Shown here piece after piece: positions 38,234-49,044 of a stretch of 64,000 nt of DNA. The stretch lies in the NCBI RefSeq assembly GCF_017744675.1, contig NZ_JAGIAV010000003.1, forward strand, positions 226,719-290,718, read 5' to 3'. Source of the DNA: Flavobacterium sp. (GTDB lineage Bacteria > Bacteroidota > Bacteroidia > Flavobacteriales > Flavobacteriaceae). Position 1 is the stretch's first letter; the number at the start of each line of letters is the position of its first letter. The notes under the pieces are model-generated. The model was not told where the DNA came from and made no database searches. It was given only the letters and a program-made list of their open reading frames with translations. Both the position numbers and the translations under genes were made by a program.

Positions 38234-40705
38234 TTATTTTAAAGGTACTATGTTGTACGAAGTTCCTTTTTTTGTTTCAAAAACTGCAGTATATCCTATT
38301 GATGATTTCTCACTCTTGATGTTCAGTTTTTCAATTACAAATGGCTGTACCGCTCTTACAGAACAACGCCCGCCAATATTAGACACAATTTTTGCCTGAC
38401 TCATTTTACCGTCATTCCATTTAATATCCACAGTAAAATTGCCTTTTGCTGTAATTCCTTTAATTTCACCATCTTTCCATGAATCTGGCAAGGCAGGAAG
38501 CAGATGAATTTCTTTATTCTGACTTTGCATCAACATTTCGATTACTCCAGCAGTTCCAGCAAAATTTCCATCAATCTGAAATGGCGGATGCGCATCGAAA
38601 AGATTCGGATAACATCCTCCTTGACGTTTGTATTTTGGATCATTGTCTTTTGTCAGTCTCAATTGATTTTTGAATAATTGATAGGCATGATTTCCATCCA
38701 AAAGCCTTGCCCACATATTGACTTTCCATGCTAAGCTCCAACCTGTTCCATCGTCGCCGCGAAGTTCCAATGTTTTCTTTGCTGCTGCGGCCAGATCTGG
38801 AGTGTACAACGGAGAAATTAAATTGGCAGGATGTAAAGCGTATAAATGAGAAGTGTGCCTATGGTGCGGATCTTCTTCTTCAAAATCTTTATACCATTCC
38901 TGCAATTGCCCTTTGCTCCCAATTTGAAAAGGAAGCAATTGATCTGCCGCCTGATTCACTTTTTGTCTAAATTCTGAATCAACTTGCAGTACTTTAGATG
39001 CTTCTACGGTATTTTCAAATAAATCTTTTATGATTCCGATATCCATTGTAGAAGCTGTTGTTACAGTTCCTTGTTTTTTTCCGTCGTAATAAAATATATT
39101 TTCTGGAGAAGTAGAAGGCATCGTTACCAGATATCCATTTTTATCTTTTTGAAGCCATTCTAAACTAAATTCTGCTGCGCCTTTTATGATAGGATACACT
39201 TTTTTTAAATAGTTTATATCGCCAGTATACTCGTAGTGTTCCCATAAATGCCTGCTTAACCAGTTGGCTCCCATAAACCAATTGGCCCACATTGGGTCTC
39301 CTTTTCCAAAATCTCCAACTGGATTGGTCATCGCCCAAATATCAGAGTTATGATGCAAAACCCAGCCATTGGCATGGTAATAACTCTTAGCCGTTTCTGC
39401 TCCCGTTACCGAAGCATTTTTAATAAAATCGTCAAGCGGAAAAAACAATTCAGACAGACTTCCTGATTCTACAGGCCAGTAATTCATTTGCAAATTAATA
39501 TTGGTCGTGTAATTGCTGCTCCAAGGCGCACGAAGTTTATTGTTCCAAATTCCTTGCAAGTTGGCTGGTGCATTGTGCGTACGCGAAGAAGAGATTAACA
39601 AATAACGTCCAAATTGGAAAAACAAAGCCTCAAGTCCGCCATCTTTTTCCCCTTTTGCATATTGCTCTAATCTTACATCCGTAGGAAGATTGGATTTGTT
39701 GGCTTCTTTTTCGTTCAATTGCAATGAAACTCTATTGAAGAGTTTTTGAAAATCAGCGGTATGCTCTTTTAATAAATCGGCGTATTTTTTGACCGAAGCC
39801 TTTTTAATCGGACTTTCAGCAAATTTATGCTCGTCTTTCCCCTGATTGTCGGGACATTTATCAAATCCGTTGAAACTGGTTGCTGCCGAAACGAAAAGTA
39901 AAATCTCAGTGGCATTTTTAATCACCAATTTATTTCCTTCAGTACTTACTTGACCATCTTTTACAACTGATTTAATGATCAATTCAAAACGCATTCCTCT
40001 ACATCCCGTCGCATCTTCATAAATAACAGGTTCTTTATTGTAATCAATATAATTAGGGTCAGAATGTGAAGGTGCTTTTCCTTTTAAAACCAATGTTTGA
40101 TTTTGTACTGCTTTCTGATTCTTTAAAAGACTTGCCGCATCGATCGTCACAGAAAGTTTTTTCAGCTGATCTGCCGAAAGTTTAATTACAATACATTGTG
40201 CTGGTGCCGAAGCAAATATTTCTCTTTTATAATTGACTCCGTTAACAGTAAAACTGGTTACTGCTAATCCCGTTTGCAAATCCAGACTTCTATTGTATGA
40301 TTCTGCTTTTTGTCCGCCAAATTCTTGTTTTAAAATAAGATCTCCCAAAGGCATAAAACTCTCGCTATAAGGCCCCTGCATATTTTTAGTCAAAACATTG
40401 GCTTTTTCAAAATCTTCATTTTGAAGCGCTTCTCTAATTAAAGCCAGATTTTTGAACGCATCTGGATTTACATTTTTCTGAACTGGTCCTCCACTCCATA
40501 ACGTAGCTTCATTCAACTGAATTAACTCAGCATCCACTCTCCCAAAAACCATTGCACCAAGCGTACCATTTCCTATAGGCAGTGCTTCTGTCCATTCAAC
40601 TGCGGGCTGCTTGTATTGCAGTTTTAAATCTTGTTGTGCAGAAACAGAAATTCCCGCTAATGCAACGAACAGAAAAATACTTTTTTTAAAAGAATGATAT
40701 AGCAT
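38234..40705 (-). CDS. Glycoside hydrolase family 95 (alpha-L-fucosidase-like)
   Basis: The ATG at 40705 gives a signal peptide. Motifs: WTEALPIGNGTLGAMVFGRVDAELIQLNEATLWSGGP and YTTNINLQMNYWP. Confidence 0.85.
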   Translation of the reverse strand: MLYHSFKKSIFLFVALAGISVSAQQDLKLQYKQPAVEWTEALPIGNGTLGAMVFGRVDAELIQLNEATLWSGGPVQKNVNPDAFKNLALIREALQNEDFEKANVLTKNMQGPYSESFMPLGDLILKQEFGGQKAESYNRSLDLQTGLAVTSFTVNGVNYKREIFASAPAQCIVIKLSADQLKKLSVTIDAASLLKNQKAVQNQTLVLKGKAPSHSDPNYIDYNKEPVIYEDATGCRGMRFELIIKSVVKDGQVSTEGNKLVIKNATEILLFVSAATSFNGFDKCPDNQGKDEHKFAESPIKKASVKKYADLLKEHTADFQKLFNRVSLQLNEKEANKSNLPTDVRLEQYAKGEKDGGLEALFFQFGRYLLISSSRTHNAPANLQGIWNNKLRAPWSSNYTTNINLQMNYWPVESGSLSELFFPLDDFIKNASVTGAETAKSYYHANGWVLHHNSDIWAMTNPVGDFGKGDPMWANWFMGANWLSRHLWEHYEYTGDINYLKKVYPIIKGAAEFSLEWLQKDKNGYLVTMPSTSPENIFYYDGKKQGTVTTASTMDIGIIKDLFENTVEASKVLQVDSEFRQKVNQAADQLLPFQIGSKGQLQEWYKDFEEEDPHHRHTSHLYALHPANLISPLYTPDLAAAAKKTLELRGDDGTGWSLAWKVNMWARLLDGNHAYQLFKNQLRLTKDNDPKYKRQGGCYPNLFDAHPPFQIDGNFAGTAGVIEMLMQSQNKEIHLLPALPDSWKDGEIKGITAKGNFTVDIKWNDGKMSQAKIVSNIGGRCSVRAVQPFVIEKLNIKSEKSSIGYTAVFETKKGTSYNIVPLK

Positions 40706-40748
40706 GAATTTTAATTTTATTAGAATGAATAGCAGATACAAACTGTTG

Positions 40749-42728
40749 TTAAAGCGTTTTCAGCTTTAAAACCGTTATCGAATAAGCAGGAAGATTCAAT
40801 TGTTGGCTTCCTTTCGTAACTTTATATTCGCTCTGTTTTGGCGTAATTTTTTTAGGTTCTGCAAAAGTATTTTCATCTTGCAAATTTGCACTTGCCAGTC
40901 TAATAATAGTTCCTTTTGATCCCAATTTTGCTCCTTTCAAATCGATGCTAACCTCTTGGCTTGAAGCCGCAGTATTGACCAATTTCACAATAATTTCTTT
41001 ACTGCTCGCGTCTTTTACTGCCGATGCATATAAATTATGTTGTCCGATTAAGGCTTTTCCGTCTTGAGTGATGTTTAACAGATCGGTTCCTTTATTAGTA
41101 GAAAACAATTGCTGCACATAATAATTTGCCGAACCATAAGATTGAAGGTTATTAAACCAAATCATATCTGGTGTCCACTGCCAAGCGTCTTCATGCGCCA
41201 TCAATGGTGCGTAAGAAGTAAGTTGCACGACTTCGGCATTTCTTTCCAAACCTGTCATAAAAGCCGCTTCAGAAAAAGCACATTCCCAATTGTTTCTATT
41301 ATTCGGATTCGCTCCCGAAATACTTTGCGCAGCATACTCACCCGCAAATATTTTCGGCCCTTTTCGATCGTATTTGTCATAACGCCCTGCATTTTCTCTA
41401 AACCATTGCGGACTTCTATAGTAATGCTCGTCTACCAAATCTGCATTTAACTTTTTAAGTTCTTCCATCGCATAATCAAAATGTTCTCCGTCTGGCGAAG
41501 GTCCGCTTCCCGATACGATAATGATATTCGGATACTTTGCTTTGATTGCTTTTTCAAAAACTTTGTAACGGTCTATGTAATCAGGTCCCCACTGCTCGTT
41601 TCCAACTCCGATATATTTTAAATTAAACGGTTGCGGATGTCCCATATCTGAACGGACTTTTCCCCAAGTTGTAGTAACAGCGCCATTCGCAAATTCGATC
41701 AAATCTAAAGCGTCCTGCACATACGGATCCAATTCGTTTAATGGAGCGAGTTCTCCTGTGTTGTACTGGCAAGCCATTCCACAACTTAAAATTGGCAGCG
41801 GTTCTGCACCAATATCTTCTGAAAGCTGGAAATATTCGTAAAATCCTAATCCGAAACTTTGAAAGTAATCTGGAGTTAGTTTGTGGTTGAATTCGACATT
41901 CCAACGGTTCATCATCGTCTTTCTATCTTCGACATTTCCAACCGATTTTTTCCACTGATAACGATCAGAAAGTGTTCTTCCTTCTACAATACAGCCTCCT
42001 GGAAAACGTAAAAAACCTGGTTTCACATCATACAGCAGCTGCACAAGATCTTTTCTTAGTCCGTTTTTTCTATTCTTCCAAGTATCTTCTGGGAATAGCG
42101 AAATCATATCTAGATCAATAGTTCCTTTTCCTTCAAACGTTATTTTTAATTTGGCTTTTGCCTCTGTTTGAGTCCCTACAATTTGCGCGGTATAATTTGC
42201 CCATTGTACCGAATTTGGAATAATGCTCGTTTCTCCAATTACTTTTTTATCCTTATTTATTAACTGAAAAATAATTTTTTTGATTTCTCCATTAGGGTTG
42301 GACGCTTTCAAAGAAAGATTGTACTTTGCATCTTTCTTCACTCCCATTCCACGGAAACCTTCATTTATTAAAACATATCCTTTGTCGTTATTTATTTCAA
42401 CTCTACAAAAATTGGTATTGTCTTTTGATAATTTAATAGGAAGCGCAATTCCAGATTCTTTATTCATAGAAGATCTGTCACTATTGGGTTGCTCCCATCC
42501 CATTAAAGGTTTTTCAAATTCAAAAGATCGGTTTTTAATCATTTCGGCGTATAGTCCTCCATCTGCAGCAAAATTGATGTCTTCAAAAAACAAACCGAAC
42601 ATAGTCGGCTGAATTTTTGTAATTGATTTTGAAGCATCAACTTCCAAAGTCGCTTTTTGAGCATTTACATAAATACTGCTAAATAGCAAACCTCCGATGA
42701 ATAATGTTGAAATTAAATTTCTTTTCAT
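40749..42728 (-). CDS. Glycoside hydrolase family 51 alpha-L-arabinofuranosidase
   Basis: The ATG at 42728 gives a signal peptide. Motifs: LRFPGGCIVEG, IGVGNEQWG, FAGEYAA. Confidence 0.85.
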   Translation of the reverse strand: MKRNLISTLFIGGLLFSSIYVNAQKATLEVDASKSITKIQPTMFGLFFEDINFAADGGLYAEMIKNRSFEFEKPLMGWEQPNSDRSSMNKESGIALPIKLSKDNTNFCRVEINNDKGYVLINEGFRGMGVKKDAKYNLSLKASNPNGEIKKIIFQLINKDKKVIGETSIIPNSVQWANYTAQIVGTQTEAKAKLKITFEGKGTIDLDMISLFPEDTWKNRKNGLRKDLVQLLYDVKPGFLRFPGGCIVEGRTLSDRYQWKKSVGNVEDRKTMMNRWNVEFNHKLTPDYFQSFGLGFYEYFQLSEDIGAEPLPILSCGMACQYNTGELAPLNELDPYVQDALDLIEFANGAVTTTWGKVRSDMGHPQPFNLKYIGVGNEQWGPDYIDRYKVFEKAIKAKYPNIIIVSGSGPSPDGEHFDYAMEELKKLNADLVDEHYYRSPQWFRENAGRYDKYDRKGPKIFAGEYAAQSISGANPNNRNNWECAFSEAAFMTGLERNAEVVQLTSYAPLMAHEDAWQWTPDMIWFNNLQSYGSANYYVQQLFSTNKGTDLLNITQDGKALIGQHNLYASAVKDASSKEIIVKLVNTAASSQEVSIDLKGAKLGSKGTIIRLASANLQDENTFAEPKKITPKQSEYKVTKGSQQLNLPAYSITVLKLKTL

Positions 42729-42830
42729 TGTATTGTTTTTATATTGAGAATATAACTGCAATTTATCAATTAATCTTTTTAAAGCGCCTTTTTATTGTAA
42801 TTTTTACACTTATTTTTTTTCTAGAATAAA

Positions 42831-44270
42831 TTACTTCTTAACTGGATCATACTTGTCTGGAAAAGCGGCTTCTCCGTCTAAATTAACAACTTTTAATTCA
42901 TCAACATTTTTACTTTCAACTGCATGTTTAAAATAATCGGGTTTGGTTTTTCCCCATTCTACCGTACAATTCTGAACCTTAATGCTTTCAGCTGAATCAA
43001 AATAGAAACCGGAGGTACTTCCCTGTACAAAACCTTCCACATTGGCAGGACGTCTGTCGTAAAATCCGCCAGGAAAAGAAGTTGTTTTATCTATAAAAAC
43101 ACTCACATTATCAAACACAATATTCTTAATTTTATCTTTCGATTCACCGCTTACAAAGACACCGTTTTCTCCTGTACATTGAATATTGGAGAAATAAATA
43201 TTTTTAATTTCGCCTACTTTGCCTTCTGTCGCTCCTTTTGGAAAACGCCAGTTGGCATCTTTATGGTTTATTTTGGCTCTTCTAAAAGCGGTTACATAAA
43301 TAGGTTCTGCTTTTCCCCACCAGGTATCGGTATTCAATTTGCTTTCGATAATGATATTAGAAAAGATTACATCGCTTACTGTGCCTTCGTCTCTGTTTTG
43401 AATTCCTAAAGCGCGGTTGCTATTTTTAATGATGCAATTGTTGAAAACGACTTGTCTGATGGCATCCATATTTTCTGAACCAATTTTAATGGCGCAGCTA
43501 CTGCTGGTCATCGTGCAATTGGTTACGGTAATATTTTCGCAGGCTCCAAATTCTTCAAATTCTCTCCTATTTTTCAGACAGATGCAATCGTCACCACTTT
43601 CAATATAACAATCGCTAATTCGCACGTTTTTAGAATGATCCAAATCGATTCCATCGCTATTTCGGACTTTCAAGCTGTTTAATAAAGTAATGCCGCTGAT
43701 TACAACATCGTTACATCCTACTAAATGAACTGTCCAATAAGCCGAGTTTCCGATATGCACATCATGTATTCTAATATTTTTTCCTCCTATAATTGTCAAA
43801 ACATGGGGTCTTGGATCTAGAACATTAAATGGTTTTAGAACATATGCATCTTCTTGTTCTTCTCCCATAAAAGAAATTCCGTTTCCGTCTATTTTTCCGC
43901 TTCCGCTAATGGTAAAATCCTCAACATTTTCTCCTCCAATCCAAATTGTCCCTTCGCCCGGATTGGTTCTGAAAGCACTCTTCGTGTACAATTTTTCATC
44001 TGGACTTGCCAATAATTTTGCTCCAGCTTCAATATGTAAATCGACTTTTGATTTGACGTCAATTGGTCCTGCTAAAAAGGTAAAAGGAGCTGGAATTAAA
44101 ACTCTTCCGCCTGTTTTGCTGCACGCGTCAATTGCTTTTTGAATAGCCGCTGCATCGTTGGTCTTTCCGTCTCCTTTTGCTCCGTATTTTTTGACATCGT
44201 AAATCTTTTGTGCCGAAACGGTTAACGAAAGGCAGAAAATTAGCAACGTGATGATCGATTTCTTTTTCAT
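42831..44270 (-). CDS. Glycoside hydrolase family 28 (polygalacturonase-like)
   Basis: The ATG at 44270 gives MKKKSIITLLIFCLSLTVSAQ. Motifs: NSDGIDLDHS, SGDDCICLK, IKIGSE. Confidence 0.85.
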   Translation of the reverse strand: MKKKSIITLLIFCLSLTVSAQKIYDVKKYGAKGDGKTNDAAAIQKAIDACSKTGGRVLIPAPFTFLAGPIDVKSKVDLHIEAGAKLLASPDEKLYTKSAFRTNPGEGTIWIGGENVEDFTISGSGKIDGNGISFMGEEQEDAYVLKPFNVLDPRPHVLTIIGGKNIRIHDVHIGNSAYWTVHLVGCNDVVISGITLLNSLKVRNSDGIDLDHSKNVRISDCYIESGDDCICLKNRREFEEFGACENITVTNCTMTSSSCAIKIGSENMDAIRQVVFNNCIIKNSNRALGIQNRDEGTVSDVIFSNIIIESKLNTDTWWGKAEPIYVTAFRRAKINHKDANWRFPKGATEGKVGEIKNIYFSNIQCTGENGVFVSGESKDKIKNIVFDNVSVFIDKTTSFPGGFYDRRPANVEGFVQGSTSGFYFDSAESIKVQNCTVEWGKTKPDYFKHAVESKNVDELKVVNLDGEAAFPDKYDPVKK

Positions 44271-44288
44271 ATTTTTTGTTTTTTTATT

Positions 44289-44462
44289 GCCACAAAGGCT
44301 CAAAGGCTCTAAGTTTTTTTTCTTATTTTTTATTAAATTTTGCGACTCTGCGACTTTGCGAGCAATTTTTCAAGCTTTTATCTTTAATCTCGCAAAGTCT
44401 CAGAGTCGCTAGGCTTTTTCTTTGTTTTTTCAATAAACTTTGCGTCTTAGTGTCTTTGTGGC
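44289..44462. repeat. Mosaic palindromic intergenic element bounded by GCCACAAAG...CTTTGTGGC (copy A)
   Basis: The termini are at 44289..44297 and 44454..44462. An internal 21-bp inverted repeat pairs gcgactctgcgactttgcgag (44342..44362) with ctcgcaaagtctcagagtcgc (44389..44409), with one mismatch. The element fills the spacer between the two GH28 genes. Confidence 0.8.
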
Positions 44463-44468
44463 TAACTT

Positions 44469-45998
44469 TTAATGCGCTGGCAATTCAAATTTATTTTGTT
44501 CTGGTTCTATTTTTCTTTTTGCAGCTTCGCTGTCCAAATTGCTTCCTATAACATCCTTAAAAACAATTTGACTGACTTTATCCGAAGGAATATCAATTGC
44601 ATTCATCGTCAGATTTTTGACATCATCAAAAACAAAAGCGGGACGAAAATCTTCCTTATCCAAAATCAGTTTTATGTTCTTCATTTCTATTCCATCGACG
44701 TGGCGCACATAAAATCCCCATGACGGCAGTTCACCAAACATATTAAATTCAGGATAGCCGTTTATATTTTCTTTGACGTCTTTCAATCGGCTTAAAGGAT
44801 GGTAAGCCATTCCTTTTGATGCTCTTCCCGGATATATGATTTCAATATTTTCTAAGGTCACATTTTCTATTAAATGTCCCGGAATTCCAGCAATAGAAGA
44901 CGGAAACGAATTATGGAAATAATCGACTTCTGGGCCTCTCATGTCGTAATCGATATCTGGACGTCCAAAAGGAACTTGCACTTTTACGTTTTTTATAGAT
45001 ACATTTTTGATAGATCCTGCTTTATCTCCATTTCTATGCCCGAGACGAATCAATATCGCATTTCCTGTATTTACAGCCGTAATATCTGAAACTTTGATGT
45101 TTTCAATGTCTGCACCATCGACAGATTCAATCGCAACTGCCGATCTGAATGTGTCAAAAACCTTAATATTTTCAATGGTTACATTTTTGAAACTGCCGTA
45201 AGAACCTGTTCCAAATTTGACTGCATTGGCACTAGATCTTATCGTGCAATTACCGATGTAAATATTATTATTGTGCAGTCCCGGCACTTCCGATTTCAGA
45301 CAGATTCCGTCATCGGCAGTGTTTATATTGCAATTGGTAATTCGGGCATTTTCGCAACCGTCAAGATCAATTCCGTCATTGTTCCAGTACGCTCTGCTTT
45401 CCACTTTCATAAAATCAATAACAATATTTTTGCATTCTCTGAAGCATTGCGTCCATCCTGGGCTATTCTTCAAGGTAATTTGAGTCATGGTAATTGAATC
45501 GCACTTTACAAACGAAATCAGTTTTCCTCTGCCATCTTCTGGGCGCATTCTTTTGTAATTATATTTCGGATCAATGCGTACTCCCGTGTGATGCAGCGAA
45601 TCGATTGCTAATGCCAGTTCTCTTCCTTGTCCGTCTATAATCCCATTTCCCGATACTGCAATATTTTTAGCTTCAAACGCAATAATAAAAGCTCTTATTC
45701 CTTCATATTTGGGATAATCGTCTGGATTGGTGCTCCCTAATAAAGTGGCGCCTTCTTCAAAAAACAATTCCACATCATTTTTCAAAACAATACTTCCAGA
45801 GAGATATGTTCCTTTAGAAAAAACAACTCTTCCGCCTTTGTTTTTATTTGCGGCATCAATTGCTTTCTGGATCGCTTTTGTATTTAAGGTTTTGCCATCT
45901 CCAACAGCACCATACTTTTTAATATCAAAAGCTTTTTGCGCCGAAACGGTTAAAGAAATACAGAAAATAAGTATCGTGATTATAGATTTCCTTTTCAT
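44469..45998 (-). CDS. Glycoside hydrolase family 28 (paralogue)
   Basis: The ATG at 45998 gives MKRKSIITILIFCISLTVSAQ, nearly identical to the neighbour's signal peptide. Motifs: NNDGIDLDGC, TADDGICLK, VKFGT. Confidence 0.85.
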   Translation of the reverse strand: MKRKSIITILIFCISLTVSAQKAFDIKKYGAVGDGKTLNTKAIQKAIDAANKNKGGRVVFSKGTYLSGSIVLKNDVELFFEEGATLLGSTNPDDYPKYEGIRAFIIAFEAKNIAVSGNGIIDGQGRELALAIDSLHHTGVRIDPKYNYKRMRPEDGRGKLISFVKCDSITMTQITLKNSPGWTQCFRECKNIVIDFMKVESRAYWNNDGIDLDGCENARITNCNINTADDGICLKSEVPGLHNNNIYIGNCTIRSSANAVKFGTGSYGSFKNVTIENIKVFDTFRSAVAIESVDGADIENIKVSDITAVNTGNAILIRLGHRNGDKAGSIKNVSIKNVKVQVPFGRPDIDYDMRGPEVDYFHNSFPSSIAGIPGHLIENVTLENIEIIYPGRASKGMAYHPLSRLKDVKENINGYPEFNMFGELPSWGFYVRHVDGIEMKNIKLILDKEDFRPAFVFDDVKNLTMNAIDIPSDKVSQIVFKDVIGSNLDSEAAKRKIEPEQNKFELPAH

Positions 45999-46017
45999 AT
46001 TTTTTTTATTTTTTTTT

Positions 46018-46195
46018 GCCACAAAGTCGCGAAGGCACTAAGCTTTTTATTTATTCTCGCAAAGTCGCAGAAACGCAAAGCTTTTCTTTTTAAACTTGAT
46101 CTTTCAATAAAACTTGGCGGCTTTGCGACTCTGCGAGCAATCTTTCAAGCTTTTTCATTTATTCATAAAACTTAGCGACTTCGCGACTTTGTGGC
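46018..46195. repeat. Mosaic palindromic intergenic element bounded by GCCACAAAG...CTTTGTGGC (copy B)
   Basis: The termini are at 46018..46026 and 46187..46195. It shares sub-motifs with copy A (ttgcgactctgcgagcaatNtttcaagctttt, ctcgcaaagtc, tttcaataaaactt) but in a different order. Confidence 0.8.
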
Positions 46196-46207
46196 AACAC
46201 CAAAATC

Positions 46208-47845
46208 TTACCAGAAAACAGTATACAAAGCCACTAAAATTCCACTAATGATAAAAGAACCGACTATAAACCCTGACGACACTTTATACATTGATGTATC
46301 GACTTCTATTTTATGAATTTCAGCTTCCTGTTCAGATACTGGTTTGGCTAGACTTATGGCTACCATTATCAATACAATAATAAAGAAAACAATAGTCATT
46401 CTGTCTAGGAACGGATAATCAGGAAACGCACCTTCTGTCCACATTGGCAGAAATTTCAAAATCGCTGCAATAGGCACTGTGAGCAATGCTCCTGCCAATC
46501 CAGCCGCTGGAGTCGTTTTTTTCCAAAACATTCCCAACAAGAAAATTGCTAAAACTCCTGGTGAAAAGAATCCCACATATTCCTGAATAAACTGATAAGC
46601 CTGATCTAATGATTTTAATGCTGGCGCCACAAAGGCCGCGATAATCATACAAACCACAACACACCATCTTCCGGTACGAACCAGTTTTTTTTCGGATGCC
46701 TGAGAATTGAAATATTTTTTATAAATATCTAAAGAAAAAATAGTCGAAATGCTATTGGCTTTTCCTGCCAAAGAAGCAACAATTGCTGCTGTCAAAGCAG
46801 CTAAAGCGACTCCTTTTAATCCCGCAGGAAGCAAATTCATTAAAGTCGGATAGGCCTGATCTGGTTTTAAAACTCCTGCTGCATCGACCATTTCCTGCTG
46901 AAACATTCCGTTTTCGTGCATTACAAACATGGCAATACCCGGTAAAACGGCAATAATTGGAACTAATAATTTTAGAAAAGCGGCAAATAAAATCCCTTTA
47001 CGAGCTGTTTTTAAATCTGCTCCTAACGCTCTCTGAACAATGTATTGATTGCATCCCCAATACGCTAAATTATTAATTAACATTCCGCCTACCAAAACCG
47101 ACATTCCTGGCAATTCATTATAATGCGGATTGGATTTTTCTAAAATCATATGCAAATGCCCAGGCGCTTCATCAGCAATTACAGCTAGTCCTTTTAAGAT
47201 GTCTTTTCCAAAACCAAACTGATCTGATAACAATGTCAAGGCGAGATAAGTTGTTACGAGACCTCCCAGAATTAAAACAATTACCTGAAACATGTCTGTA
47301 TATCCAATTACTTTCATACCGCCCAAAGTCACGATTACAGCAAACAAACTCAATCCGATTACACAAAACTGAAAGCTTATGGGCGCGATAGAAGAAATGG
47401 CTAAAGCGCCTAAATAGATGATTGAAGTAAGATTAACAAATACATAAATTAAAAGCCAGATAATCGCCATAATGGCACTCACGGTACCGCTGTATCGTTT
47501 GGCAAGAAACTGTGGCATGGTGAATATTTTATTCTTTAGATAAATCGGCAAAATAAACATGGCCACAAGAATCAACGTGGCTGCAGACATCCATTCGTAA
47601 GAAGCAATTGCCAATCCGATGGCAAAACCAGAACCGCTCATCCCGATAAAATGTTCTGCTGAAATATTGGAAGCAATTAACGAAGCACCAATGGCCCACC
47701 AAGTAAGCGAACCTTCAGCTAAAAAATATTCTTTAGAACTCGTTGCTGCAGTTTTTTTGGTTCTGTAAATGTACATTCCATAGGCTGTGACTATGATAAA
47801 GTAAATAAAGAATACAATGTAATCTGCGGTTTGTAATACATTCAT
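46208..47845 (-). CDS. Sodium:solute symporter (SSS/SGLT family)
   Basis: 545 aa and polytopic. Motif: YFLAEGSLTWWAIGASLIASNISAEHFIGMSGSG. Confidence 0.9.
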   Translation of the reverse strand: MNVLQTADYIVFFIYFIIVTAYGMYIYRTKKTAATSSKEYFLAEGSLTWWAIGASLIASNISAEHFIGMSGSGFAIGLAIASYEWMSAATLILVAMFILPIYLKNKIFTMPQFLAKRYSGTVSAIMAIIWLLIYVFVNLTSIIYLGALAISSIAPISFQFCVIGLSLFAVIVTLGGMKVIGYTDMFQVIVLILGGLVTTYLALTLLSDQFGFGKDILKGLAVIADEAPGHLHMILEKSNPHYNELPGMSVLVGGMLINNLAYWGCNQYIVQRALGADLKTARKGILFAAFLKLLVPIIAVLPGIAMFVMHENGMFQQEMVDAAGVLKPDQAYPTLMNLLPAGLKGVALAALTAAIVASLAGKANSISTIFSLDIYKKYFNSQASEKKLVRTGRWCVVVCMIIAAFVAPALKSLDQAYQFIQEYVGFFSPGVLAIFLLGMFWKKTTPAAGLAGALLTVPIAAILKFLPMWTEGAFPDYPFLDRMTIVFFIIVLIMVAISLAKPVSEQEAEIHKIEVDTSMYKVSSGFIVGSFIISGILVALYTVFW

Positions 47846-47901
47846 AATGTGCGGTTATTGTTTGGTTAGATAGTAAAATGTATTTTAAAATTTGAAGGTC
47901 A

Positions 47902-49044
47902 TCAAATCTTAAGAAACCATTTCTTTTTATAAAGAAAATAAAGCAAAAGAAGCTGGACGACGGTTACTGATAGCGCAACAAATACAGGCTGCCAGACGAT
48001 TGGCAGATAGTGTATAATTCCGCCAAAAAAGTAATCTGCGGTGTGTTTGAAATCTACAGAACCTTCGGCTGCCATATAAATTAGAATCGAATTTGAGCCA
48101 ATTAAAATCAATGGGAATGCCCATTTGTGAAAACCAGACAAATCGATAATCACATAGAAAAAGACAAAAAATAAAATACTGAATCCGCCAACAAAACAGA
48201 CAAAAGAACTTGTCCATAAATGTTTGTTAATAGGAAAATCAATATCCCAAATCAGACCCGCAATAATTAATAAAATAGCCGTTAAAGTCATCAAAATCAA
48301 TTTTGCACTTATCGAAAACTGATTTTTTGCTTTTAAAAATGTTCCTGTAAAAACTCCAAGCAAAGCTGTAGAAATCGCCGGAAGAGTCGAAAATATTCCT
48401 TCTGGATCATAAACAGTGCTGTGCAGTCTTCCTGGTAAAAGCAGGCGATCGATATAACTTTCTAACGATCCTTCTTTGGTTAAAACTCCTGCTCCAAACT
48501 CAGGAACCGGAATCCATTTCATGGCTGCATAATAACCAATCAAAATGGCTAAAAACCAAATGAACTGTTTTTTGAGATCAAAATTCAAATAAATGATTCC
48601 CGCAAAAAACCAAGCGAGTCCGATTCTGCCTAAAACACTCGCAAAACGGGTATGGTCGAATCCGTCAAAGCGCAATAATCCATTTACGATAAAGCCTAAA
48701 ACCAGCAAAATACCAGTTCTTCTTAACATGGAAAGGTATATTTTTCGTTTTTCGCTTACAGGCAATTCTTGTGGCGTTAGCACTCCTGCCAGACTCATTT
48801 TCTTCTCGAAAGAAAACGGCATGGAAACGCCTGCAACAAACAAAAACACAGGAAAAATCATATCATAGAATGTAATGCCATTCCATTCCGCATGATGCAA
48901 TTGCGATGACATCCAGATAAAAACAGGAATTGGAGCTGCTTTGGCCAGAGCATGAATAATGTGTTCACCGCTCATAATCCAAAACATCACAAATCCGCGC
49001 AGCGCATCTAAAGAAATTAATCTTCCGTTTGTAGGGTTATTCAT
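47902..49044 (-). CDS. Membrane acyltransferase-like protein (DUF5009 / HGSNAT-like)
   Basis: 380 aa and polytopic. The N-terminus RLISLDALRGFVMFWIM is typical of the family. Confidence 0.7.
   Translation of the reverse strand: MNNPTNGRLISLDALRGFVMFWIMSGEHIIHALAKAAPIPVFIWMSSQLHHAEWNGITFYDMIFPVFLFVAGVSMPFSFEKKMSLAGVLTPQELPVSEKRKIYLSMLRRTGILLVLGFIVNGLLRFDGFDHTRFASVLGRIGLAWFFAGIIYLNFDLKKQFIWFLAILIGYYAAMKWIPVPEFGAGVLTKEGSLESYIDRLLLPGRLHSTVYDPEGIFSTLPAISTALLGVFTGTFLKAKNQFSISAKLILMTLTAILLIIAGLIWDIDFPINKHLWTSSFVCFVGGFSILFFVFFYVIIDLSGFHKWAFPLILIGSNSILIYMAAEGSVDFKHTADYFFGGIIHYLPIVWQPVFVALSVTVVQLLLLYFLYKKKWFLKI

Noticed and set aside
44276-44551. ORFs of 91 aa (44276..44551) and 104 aa (45727..46041) spanning the GH28 intergenic elements
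   Set aside because: They run through the palindromic repeat elements and antisense into the GH28 genes. The repeats themselves create the open frames.
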